The notes beneath the pieces were generated by a model that had not been told where the DNA came from, did not search any database, and saw only the letters and a program-made list of their open reading frames with translations. From NCBI GenBank assembly GCA_019058015.1, contig JAHLWH010000084.1, positions 1 to 30,911 of the forward strand: 30,911 nucleotides of DNA. Direction: 5' to 3'. The position numbers and the translations under genes are program-made. Shown here one piece after another: positions 1 to 7,362 of this stretch. The stretch's first letter is position 1. The number at the start of each line of letters is the position of its first letter. The DNA comes from Promethearchaeota archaeon (GTDB lineage: Archaea > Asgardarchaeota > Lokiarchaeia > Sigyniarchaeales > SOKP01).

Positions 1-2
1 GC

Positions 3-197
3 GGTGATCCTTTCTGGGACTGTAATTTGTGTACTCTTGCTGTTAGTGGAGGGTCGATCGTGGCGTGTGCGATAATACTTGTTGCTAGTATATATACGTT
101 TTCTTTCGATGTTTTTTTCTGGTGTATAGACGCTTTAGTATTGTTTGAAAACCTTTTCGGTGCTCTTTTTGTTTGTATAGCGTTAGGTTGTTGCTAA
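3..197 (+). CDS. C-terminal 64 aa of a Cys-rich hydrophobic protein, resembling a halocin C8-like archaeocin domain (5' partial, not in ORF track)
   Basis: Manual translation from base 3: GDPFWDCNLCTLAVSGGSIVACAIILVASIYTFSFDVFFWCIDALVLFENLFGALFVCIALGCC, then TAA TGA. It has 7 Cys, an N-side CxxC and a terminal CxxLGCC. Confidence 0.55.
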   Translation, partial: GDPFWDCNLCTLAVSGGSIVACAIILVASIYTFSFDVFFWCIDALVLFENLFGALFVCIALGCC

Positions 198-215
198 TGA
201 TATATTTGTAAATAG

Positions 216-689
216 GTGATTGTAATAAATACAAAAGAAAAGATCAAGAATTTTTGGAAAGCCTATAAGAAAAACAGTATATGGGTTAGTATTGGAAATT
301 GTATGGGCTTAACATTTATGAATTGGGTGTTATTTTATTTCGGAATTATAGATTTGATGATGGCGATCTTTCTTACAGTTTTGTTCCCACTAATGATATT
401 TTTCGTATATTATGGTAGAAAATCAAAACACAAATTGATCATTTTTAAAATAACATTGGTAGGAGGTTGCGGATATGTTTTCGGTCTTATTCTATGGATT
501 TTTCTCGGCTATGTACTTATTGCTGCTCCTTGGGCTCCCTTACGAATTTTGATTTTGGACGCAGTGTTAAGAGGTAGAATTTTCCTCCTCCTCCTACCTA
601 CTTTATGTGTAATTGCTGGATACATAATGTATAGAATAGGTAAAAAAAGAGAATGGAGACTTCCTTCGAGTGATTATTTTGAAAAATAA
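216..689 (+). CDS. Integral membrane protein (~4 TM), candidate immunity protein
   Basis: 157 aa with four hydrophobic segments and basic loops and tail (YRIGKKREWRLP). It starts 18 bp after the Cys-rich gene. The called GTG lies inside a GGTGA SD-like motif, so the true start may be a few codons later. Confidence 0.7.
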   Translation: MIVINTKEKIKNFWKAYKKNSIWVSIGNCMGLTFMNWVLFYFGIIDLMMAIFLTVLFPLMIFFVYYGRKSKHKLIIFKITLVGGCGYVFGLILWIFLGYVLIAAPWAPLRILILDAVLRGRIFLLLLPTLCVIAGYIMYRIGKKREWRLPSSDYFEK

Positions 690-705
690 AAATCTAAATT
701 TCTAC

Positions 706-715
706 TTTTTTTTTT
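706..715 (+). terminator. Oligo-T archaeal terminator candidate
   Basis: T10 run 16 bp after the stop of 216..689, in a convergent intergenic region. Confidence 0.45.
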
Positions 716-801
716 AATTATTTTAGAGTTAAAATAAAATTAAAAAAGGGATTTCTGTTATGGATTTTTGTCTTTTAGTAAATAAGATAAAAAATCGAAT
801 T

Positions 802-815
802 GAGACAATTGTCTC
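802..815. repeat. Perfect 14-bp palindrome GAGACAATTGTCTC
   Basis: Read directly. It lies between the two convergent transcription units. Confidence 0.8.
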
Positions 816-834
816 TTAACGATCTTAAAACTCT

Positions 835-1110
835 TTAATAGTAATGAAATAGATCGTCTTCTAGCTTCTCTTCTTTAGATTTCATATCTTTTCTAGGTGT
901 AAGCTTAACCTTTTTTTTTCCTTCTTTTAATTCCTTAATTATGTCTTGTTTTACTTCTTGTTTTAATTCACTCATAAAATCCTTAAACTCTTTCACTCCA
1001 TCGTCTAATTCTTCAGTATCCTCTTCAGATTCTTCTATTTCTTCAGATTCTTCTGACTCTTCATAATTTGAATCGTTAAACGTTACACTACATTCATACT
1101 CATTACTCAT
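835..1110 (-). CDS. Small hypothetical protein, acidic N-half (EESEESEEIEESEE) and basic C-half
   Basis: 91 aa ORF whose start overlaps the end of the upstream gene by 8 bp, suggesting translational coupling. Confidence 0.75.
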   Translation of the reverse strand: MSNEYECSVTFNDSNYEESEESEEIEESEEDTEELDDGVKEFKDFMSELKQEVKQDIIKELKEGKKKVKLTPRKDMKSKEEKLEDDLFHYY

Positions 1111-1381
1111 TTTTGAGTAGCTCTATTATTTCTTCTAATAAATCTAGAATTGAATCCAGCTTCTCGTTAAGGACGACTGAACTTACACTAGGTTTTTGAG
1201 TAAGAATAGGAGATTTCTCTACTTCAAATACCCAATTTTGCACATAGATTGTATCTGGTACGTCTGGTCTTATTCCTATTGCTTTCTTAGGATACCATTT
1301 TTTAGATCCATCTTTCAAAAGGTATTGACGAGCTTTCTCAGATTCTTTAATGGGAGCAATTATTTCAATCTTTTTGCTCAT
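1103..1381 (-). CDS. Small hypothetical protein with a virus-like ESEKA...WxPK...W motif and C-terminal Leu-rich helix
   Basis: The track starts it at 1399. ATG at 1381 (MSKKIEII) has GGAG upstream and overlaps the end of the RHH gene, so it is preferred. The motif resembles small phage proteins I recall; not verified. Confidence 0.7.
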   Translation of the reverse strand: MSKKIEIIAPIKESEKARQYLLKDGSKKWYPKKAIGIRPDVPDTIYVQNWVFEVEKSPILTQKPSVSSVVLNEKLDSILDLLEEIIELLKNE

Positions 1382-1550
1382 TCTTAAATCTCTCCACATT
1401 TAGAATCATAAAAAAACTCGGATCGTTATCCATATCTCTCTGGACTAATCCAGTGATATACTCCTTAATTGGGACGTCTCTATAAGCACAAAACCTCTTC
1501 AATTTGTTCTTAAACGCTCTACTTACGTTAATTGTTGCAAATTCTGATAT
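1365..1550 (-). CDS. Ribbon-helix-helix (CopG/ParG-like) DNA-binding protein, 61 aa, apparent ATA start (not in ORF track)
   Basis: Manual translation: ISEFATINVSRAFKNKLKRFCAYRDVPIKEYITGLVQRDMDNDPSFFMILNVERFKNEQKD*. TINVS strand plus two helices fit the RHH pattern. It fills the 1381-1552 gap exactly and has AAGGAG 7 nt upstream of the ATA. Confidence 0.65.
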   Translation of the reverse strand: MSEFATINVSRAFKNKLKRFCAYRDVPIKEYITGLVQRDMDNDPSFFMILNVERFKNEQKD

Positions 1551-1551
1551 T

Positions 1552-2040
1552 TTAAATCTCCTTTACTTTCTTAAATTTGAATTTTGAATCAGGTATTAGT
1601 TCCGCTTTATCAATTGGACGACTTCCTATTTGGTGATTCCATTTACTTTTTGAGAGCTTGAATAATTCCTTTCTTCTATACGTTCCGCTACTTTTTACCT
1701 TTTCAGCTTCCTTAAGAGCTTTCTTTACAGCTTTAGGAACTTCTTTCTTTACTCGTTCATATAACTCTGGTAATCTCTTTAGCTCTTTCGCTAGCAATTT
1801 ATTCTCTACTTCAAGCTTTAATATTGTAGCTTCAAGATCACTAAGCATATTGTAAAATATGAGAGGATCTAAAACCTTAAGATCTAGCTTCCTAGCTATG
1901 TCATCTAAAAGTACTTTAATCTCCCAAACGCCATCATTAGGATCTAAGAATCTAGTACTATGTAATCGTTGTAATGTATCTAATCTTAGAAGATCAAGCT
2001 CTATATCGAGTTTTAATTCTTTCTTTTGTTCATAATTCAT
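1552..2040 (-). CDS. Hypothetical coiled-coil protein with basic C-terminus
   Basis: 162 aa, ATG start with AGGTG upstream, heptad Leu pattern (LEATILKLEVENKLLAKELKRL). First gene of a four-gene operon. Confidence 0.8.
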   Translation of the reverse strand: MNYEQKKELKLDIELDLLRLDTLQRLHSTRFLDPNDGVWEIKVLLDDIARKLDLKVLDPLIFYNMLSDLEATILKLEVENKLLAKELKRLPELYERVKKEVPKAVKKALKEAEKVKSSGTYRRKELFKLSKSKWNHQIGSRPIDKAELIPDSKFKFKKVKEI

Positions 2041-2128
2041 ACTTGTTGTTACACCTTGTTGTTTGTATTTTAATTAATTTAATGTGAGTAGTAATAATTA
2101 TTATCTCTATGAGAAAATGTTTCTTAAA

Positions 2129-2635
2129 ATGAAGATCTATATGGTTTTATTACTACTCCTTATTACATACTTACGAGAAGATCTATATAATGATTGTGTT
2201 TTTCTATGAATGAACAATTTAACACATATCAGATCTACAATAGAAGTTATCTTAGAATCTGATCGGTGTATGTATCTTAGTCTCTTATTTAATACTCCAT
2301 ATATCAATAATCGTCTATTTGATCTAAGAAATATTCCATTCGTCCAATAAAGATTCACTATAAGCTCTTAATTGGTCAGAAAGTAATAATATTGATTTTG
2401 TAATTATTAGTAGCGGATCGGTATAAATTGTCTTTCAAGCTAGGTAAAATATGCAAAAGATCACATAAGAGATCTCCTCTAAATAGTCTCTATGTATGAT
2501 TAGAAGGTTTTTTAAAGTAAATGTGAAAAATAAAAAGCTAGCTTTTTTCCTAAATAAAAATAGCTTATAATTTATAAGTTCGATCACTCAAATAATCACC
2601 TTCAGCTATTAAATGATCACTTTCAGCTATATCAA
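2129..2635. repeat. GATC-rich non-coding region with palindromes and short direct repeats (origin- or element-end-like)
   Basis: GATC at 2134, 2180, 2232, 2261, 2321, 2416, 2459, 2471, 2582 and 2615. GAAGATCTATAT at 2131 and 2177. Palindromes AAAAAGCTAGCTTTTT (2532-2547) and CTTATAA-T-TTATAAG (2564-2578). ATCACYTTCAGCTAT at 2595 and 2616, 21 bp apart. Confidence 0.6.
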
Positions 2636-2735
2636 AATTTTATAGTTTTTCTCTATTTTTCTTCTATAAACTACAACAAATTTAATGTTTTTTATATATA
2701 AATTAAAAACTATTTAATTTTAATTCAAAATTTGA

Positions 2736-2972
2736 TTAGGAAAAATCTCTCGTTATAGACTTGGGAGATTCATTATAGGTCTCGGGGTTGGCTTTGGATT
2801 GATTAGCTTAATAATATTTTTAGTTACTGGGATAATTGAGGGCACTTTAACCGAATTTTTCATAGAATTAATAACAGAGTTAATCGTTTTAAAGGGTGGT
2901 TTTGCCTTTGTTGGAGTTCTTCTTACATTTTTTTCTAGAAGGCAATTAAAAAAGGAAGAAAAAGAAGATTAA
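2736..2972 (+). pseudogene. 5'-truncated fragment of a membrane-protein gene (not in ORF track)
   Basis: Open frame after TGA 2733-2735: LGKISRYRLGRFIIGLGVGFGLISLIIFLVTGIIEGTLTEFFIELITELIVLKGGFAFVGVLLTFFSRRQLKKEEKED*. It has two Gly-rich TM segments and a charged tail, no ATG or GTG, and a T9 run after the stop. Confidence 0.65.
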
Positions 2973-3062
2973 ATTTACATTTTTTTTTAATTTTTAGCAT
3001 AAAATGTAGGAATTAAAATATTCTCATAAACAAATAGAATTTAAATATTAACGCAATTTACG

Positions 3063-4130
3063 TTAAATATATTTTTTAGCAATTAAATATTCAGCAGATA
3101 AAACTCCACCTCGCCCTGCGCCTAACTCAGTATTATGACTAAGAACAGTAAATTTTAATCCGTTAGTAAAATTCGTCTTTTCTATTCCACCAACATAAGT
3201 TATCATCCCCGTTTTTTCATTCCCTTTATTCTCAAGGTCGATTCTTGGTTGAGGTCGATAAGGGTCATCGAAAACCTTTATTGGGTGTTCAGGAGCATTT
3301 GGTAAATCTAGACCGGCTGTTTGTCCTTCAAAATCTCTCAATGTTTGTTTAATTTCTTCAATATCTTCAAATTCCTTAACTGTTTCTATAAAAACACTTT
3401 CCATATGACCATTTATAGAGGGTACTCGATTACACTTACAATCGATTAAAAATTCAAGATCATGTATTTTATCCTCAATTATTGTACCAAAAATCTTCTT
3501 AATCTCTCTCATTACTTTTCTTTCCTCCCTTTCTATATGAGGAATAACATTTGCAACTATGTCATAGCTAGCAACACCAGGATAACCTGCTCCTGTAATT
3601 GCTTGCATGGAAACCATATGAACACTTTTAATACCATATTTTTTTAAAATAGGATATAATGAAATTGCCAATCCGATAGCTGTGCAATTAGGACCAGGAA
3701 CAATAAAACCTTTCCACCCACGTTTCTTTTTTTGAATATCTAAAATTCTATAATGCTCTCCATTAACAATAGGTAAAAAAATTGGAACATCTTCTTCATA
3801 TCTATAAGTAGCTGCTGTACTTATCACAGGTTTACTTGTTGCAATTTCACCCTCAATCTCTCGAGCATACCCTGAAGGAATTGCAGAAAAAACAATGTCA
3901 ATTGAATTTAGATCTAAATCTTTAATATCAGTAACTGTCATTTCTTTTATTTCCTCTGGATATTTATAACTCGTAAAGCCCCTGATTGATTCCCCAAATT
4001 TTTTGCCAATCGAGGCGTGTCCATGCAATGATATGATTTCAAACCAAGGATGTCCTATTAATGCTTCCATAAACTGTTGTCCCGCCATTCCAGTAGCTCC
4101 AATTACACTCGCTCTATATTTTTTAGGCAT
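3063..4130 (-). CDS. asd: Aspartate-semialdehyde dehydrogenase, archaeal type
   Basis: GATGMAGQ Rossmann motif, catalytic PNCT, SMQAITGAG, CNRVP..GHME and SHNTELGAG. Confidence 0.9.
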   Translation of the reverse strand: MPKKYRASVIGATGMAGQQFMEALIGHPWFEIISLHGHASIGKKFGESIRGFTSYKYPEEIKEMTVTDIKDLDLNSIDIVFSAIPSGYAREIEGEIATSKPVISTAATYRYEEDVPIFLPIVNGEHYRILDIQKKKRGWKGFIVPGPNCTAIGLAISLYPILKKYGIKSVHMVSMQAITGAGYPGVASYDIVANVIPHIEREERKVMREIKKIFGTIIEDKIHDLEFLIDCKCNRVPSINGHMESVFIETVKEFEDIEEIKQTLRDFEGQTAGLDLPNAPEHPIKVFDDPYRPQPRIDLENKGNEKTGMITYVGGIEKTNFTNGLKFTVLSHNTELGAGRGGVLSAEYLIAKKYI

Positions 4131-4315
4131 AATTCTTCTCTACTCAAATTTGAACTTAATAAAATTTAAAAAATACTATATTATTTTATTTTTGAAGAAA
4201 ATATTTAAAACTTATTTTCTATTTATATTATTAGCAAAAATTTCTAACTGGGTTAAATTAAATCTCTTAAAAATTTTCCCAATTTAGTGTGAATTTTTGA
4301 AAGATTGAGGTATAG

Positions 4316-4840
4316 GTGATAAAGATAGTAGATTCCATAGCACTTCTTGAATCACAAGCTGAAGCATTTGAAAATAAAGCAAAAATAGAGATGAGAAAAA
4401 AGAATTACGGAGAAGCCATCTTATTTTTTGAAGAGGCTGTAGATATCTATCTCAAATTAAATTGGGATGGAAAAATAAAGATGTTAGAAAAAACAATTGA
4501 ACGTCTTCAAAACGTTATTGGGTTTGAAAACAACAATCACTTAAACTCTGATTTTATCAATATTAAGCAAGAAATAGAGAATAAATCAAATAATCTAACC
4601 AAAACACAAGAAGTACCAGAAGAAATTAAACAGAAACTTGCAAAAATCGAAATGCTCGAAAGAAAAGCAGATAATGATGAGATACAAGGGAATTTGAAAA
4701 GAAGTTTTGATAGGTATCAATTAATCTTGGAATTAACAACTGATATAAATTCTTTAGAACAATTTAATTTTGAAAATAAAATTGTAGGAATTAAAGAGAA
4801 AATAAATAAATTGACTGAAAGATTAAAGTCCAATTTATAA
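4316..4840 (+). CDS. Alpha-helical TPR-like repeat protein
   Basis: 174 aa with two helical-hairpin units (KKNYGEAILFFEEAVDIY; GNLKRSFDRYQLILEL). GAGGT lies upstream of the GTG. Confidence 0.65.
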   Translation: MIKIVDSIALLESQAEAFENKAKIEMRKKNYGEAILFFEEAVDIYLKLNWDGKIKMLEKTIERLQNVIGFENNNHLNSDFINIKQEIENKSNNLTKTQEVPEEIKQKLAKIEMLERKADNDEIQGNLKRSFDRYQLILELTTDINSLEQFNFENKIVGIKEKINKLTERLKSNL

Positions 4841-4881
4841 AAAAAAATTTATTCTTTGTGTTCTTTAATATTTTAGATATA

Positions 4882-5913
4882 ATGATTAATCCTTTCGCAA
4901 ATTTTTATCGTGTCCCGACATCTCAAGAACTTCTAGATATTGCTTTTAGTAGAGCTATGAAAAGTAGTGCGGCAGTATCAAAAAATGCCCCTAAAATATT
5001 AAAAGCAAGAAAAAAAGAAATTAAAAGAATTCAAGTCGCAATCAAAGAAATTATAGATAGAATATTAAAAATTATTAAAATGGTCCCGATTATCCAGGAA
5101 ATACCCGAATTCTATCGAGAATTGGCCTCATTAATCGTTAATACTGATGAATTAAGACTATCTCTAGGAAAATTAAATGGTATATTGCCTATCTTAAGTA
5201 AAATTGAAAAAGATTATAAAACTCGAATTAAAAATTCAGAAATCCCCAAAGAAGCTGCGAAATATAGACGAGCAGTATTTGGAAGAATATCTTCAATAAT
5301 AAACAAACAAAGAAAAAGTTTAAATTATTTAAATGAAATTAGAGGAGAATTAAGAAGAATACCCTCTATTGATTATGAAATTCCTTCAATAGTTATTGCC
5401 GGATATCCTAATGTAGGAAAGAGTAGTCTTGTAAGATTAATTTCGTCAGGAAAACCAGATGTTCAACCATATCCTTTCACAACTAAAAAGATCATTATCG
5501 GACATCATATAGTAGAAAAAAACTATGATATGACTAAACTCCAAATAATTGATACTCCAGGGATCTTGGATAGACCTATGTTAAAAAGAAATAAGATTGA
5601 ATTGCAAGCAATACTAGCTCTAAACTTGATTTCTGATGTTATAATTTTCATATTTGACCCTACTCCAGCTTGCGGATATGATATTGATTGTCAGGTGGAT
5701 TTATATTATGAAATTTGTGATAATTTCTCCAAAGATGGCAAAATACCAATTATCATAGTTTTTAATAAAATGGATCTGGCTAATGAGGAGGAAATTCAAT
5801 TTTTAAAGAATAAATTAAATTTAAATAAAAATGATTTTTTTCTAATTAATGCTTTAATAAAGGATGAAAATGTAAAAGAACTACTTGAATTCGTAATAAA
5901 TAAATTGATATAA
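4882..5913 (+). CDS. NOG1-family (Obg superfamily) GTP-binding protein
   Basis: N-terminal ELLDIAFSRA helix domain, G1 GYPNVGKSS, G2 YPFTTK, G3 DTPGILDRP, G4 NKMD. ATG 4882 (MINPF) is preferred over GTG 4858. Confidence 0.92.
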   Translation: MINPFANFYRVPTSQELLDIAFSRAMKSSAAVSKNAPKILKARKKEIKRIQVAIKEIIDRILKIIKMVPIIQEIPEFYRELASLIVNTDELRLSLGKLNGILPILSKIEKDYKTRIKNSEIPKEAAKYRRAVFGRISSIINKQRKSLNYLNEIRGELRRIPSIDYEIPSIVIAGYPNVGKSSLVRLISSGKPDVQPYPFTTKKIIIGHHIVEKNYDMTKLQIIDTPGILDRPMLKRNKIELQAILALNLISDVIIFIFDPTPACGYDIDCQVDLYYEICDNFSKDGKIPIIIVFNKMDLANEEEIQFLKNKLNLNKNDFFLINALIKDENVKELLEFVINKLI

Positions 5914-5983
5914 TCTAAGTCCTCCTATTTAAGATATTATTGATTTTTTCTATTTTTTAAAAAAATAAAGTAAAGCTATATAT

Positions 5984-7288
5984 ATGAGAAAAATAAATGT
6001 ATTTTCGATATATCAAAAACCCATTACTATCCTTAAAACAATGCAACTAGAAATTAAATCACTTTACAAAAGTTTTTTTAATTTTGTTATTTGGGATGTC
6101 ATTAAACCATTATTTAGTGGATTATCAATTAATATTCCTTATAATGAATTAAAAAAATCTGTTGGTAAGGTTTTTGTGGAGGGAGCTTTACATTATAAAG
6201 TCAATTACGACAATATTTTGGAAATATTAAAAAAATCTAATCTCCCAAGTGCTACTATAGATTATATTATTGATTTATTATCAAAATTTGCTAACCAATT
6301 AGATAGTTACTTCTTAAAAAACGTAAATGATATAAATTCAGTATATAAAGGTAAAGAGCTCGAGAATATTTTACATGATTTTAATAATATTATTAATGAA
6401 TACATCTTAATTTCCTATTTCGATTTAATCGTATTAAAACAAGCAACTTCTTTACTCGTTTATGCATCTGATCTTTCCTTAGCAGATATATATCGATGCA
6501 GAATGGAATTTACAGAGCTACTTAGATCAGCTTTAATTAAAGATTCATCGTTAATAATTGCGGAACTACTAGAATCGATAAGAGAAAAATTGAGTAGTAT
6601 TACTGATAACGAAAAAATAATTAATTTAATTATGATTCAATTAGCTAGTTTTTTTGAGTGGTTAGTATCTTCTGATGATTTTAACACAATTATTCCCATA
6701 ATGAAGGAAATTCTCTCGCATGAAGTTATTAATTACCATCAAGTTTCTTCATTAATTCCATCTAATAATGTAAATATTATAACTGAATGGTTAAAACAAC
6801 AGGTAATTGAATTACCAATAATTCTTTTACAAAAATCATTATCTAATGATTTCACATATGAATGTGAGAACTTAAAACATGATATTTTAGAGATTTTCAA
6901 ATTATTTATAAACGGAACAATAACATATGATATTCTCGAAAAGAGATTACAAGAAGTTGGAAAAAAATTAGGTTTGGAAAAATTATATAAAATTGAAGAA
7001 AATATTTTTGAATTTTTAGAATTAGATCAATCCCTAGATTTAGTGAAATCTTACACTATTCAAAAGATACGCACAAAATTCAACTTTATTTTACCAAGAT
7101 TTCAAAAACGAGAAAATGATCAAAAATATATTGAACAAGTAAATTTTATCATTCTTTATCAAATTTACAATAATAGTTTAACCTATTGTAAGTTTATTGA
7201 AGAAGAAAAAGCCATTGACCCATCATTAAAAAGATTAATCCAATATATTAAGAGCAAGATTCAAATTACCGAGACTTTATATATCTAG
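5984..7288 (+). CDS. Hypothetical all-alpha protein
   Basis: 434 aa ORF, Leu/Ile-rich amphipathic helices, no recognisable motif. The start may be ATG 6041. Confidence 0.7.
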   Translation: MRKINVFSIYQKPITILKTMQLEIKSLYKSFFNFVIWDVIKPLFSGLSINIPYNELKKSVGKVFVEGALHYKVNYDNILEILKKSNLPSATIDYIIDLLSKFANQLDSYFLKNVNDINSVYKGKELENILHDFNNIINEYILISYFDLIVLKQATSLLVYASDLSLADIYRCRMEFTELLRSALIKDSSLIIAELLESIREKLSSITDNEKIINLIMIQLASFFEWLVSSDDFNTIIPIMKEILSHEVINYHQVSSLIPSNNVNIITEWLKQQVIELPIILLQKSLSNDFTYECENLKHDILEIFKLFINGTITYDILEKRLQEVGKKLGLEKLYKIEENIFEFLELDQSLDLVKSYTIQKIRTKFNFILPRFQKRENDQKYIEQVNFIILYQIYNNSLTYCKFIEEEKAIDPSLKRLIQYIKSKIQITETLYI

Positions 7289-7362
7289 ATGATGATTCTT
7301 TTTTTAATTTCACAATGGCTATAAAAAATTAAAATATTTTTTGTGAATAGTTGAAAATATAA

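Larger units (their letters stand above)
1..2745. mobile_element. Right-hand end of a putative integrated element (provirus, plasmid or transposon-like); left end lies outside the window
   Basis: Cluster of short unknown ORFs, an RHH gene, a toxin-like/membrane gene pair and a long repeat-rich non-coding stretch. It ends where a 5'-truncated membrane-gene fragment begins (~2736-2750). No integrase, capsid or Rep gene is in the window. Confidence 0.55.

Noticed and set aside
1021-1062. 9-bp tandem repeats (TCTTCAGAT-like)
   Set aside because: Explained by the EES/EEI low-complexity coding of the acidic protein. Not a CRISPR or iteron array.
1196-1855. Plus-strand ORFs 1196..1387 and 1658..1855
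   Set aside because: Antisense shadows of the coupled minus-strand operon, with no protein-like features.
2129-2209. 26-aa hydrophobic peptide MKIYMVLLLLLITYLREDLYNDCVFL as a type I toxin
   Set aside because: The hydrophobic stretch is short, there is no SD or antitoxin RNA evidence, and such ORFs arise by chance in AT-rich DNA.
2137-2358. 73-aa minus-strand ORF
   Set aside because: GTG start with no SD and atypical composition, lying in the repeat-rich tract. It cannot be fully excluded.
2634-2721. 15/17 inverted repeat (2634-2650 versus 2705-2721) near the element end
   Set aside because: Almost entirely A/T in a very AT-rich stretch, so not distinguishable from chance by eye.
3462-4287. 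Plus-strand ORFs 3462..3647 and 4003..4287
   Set aside because: Antisense to asd.
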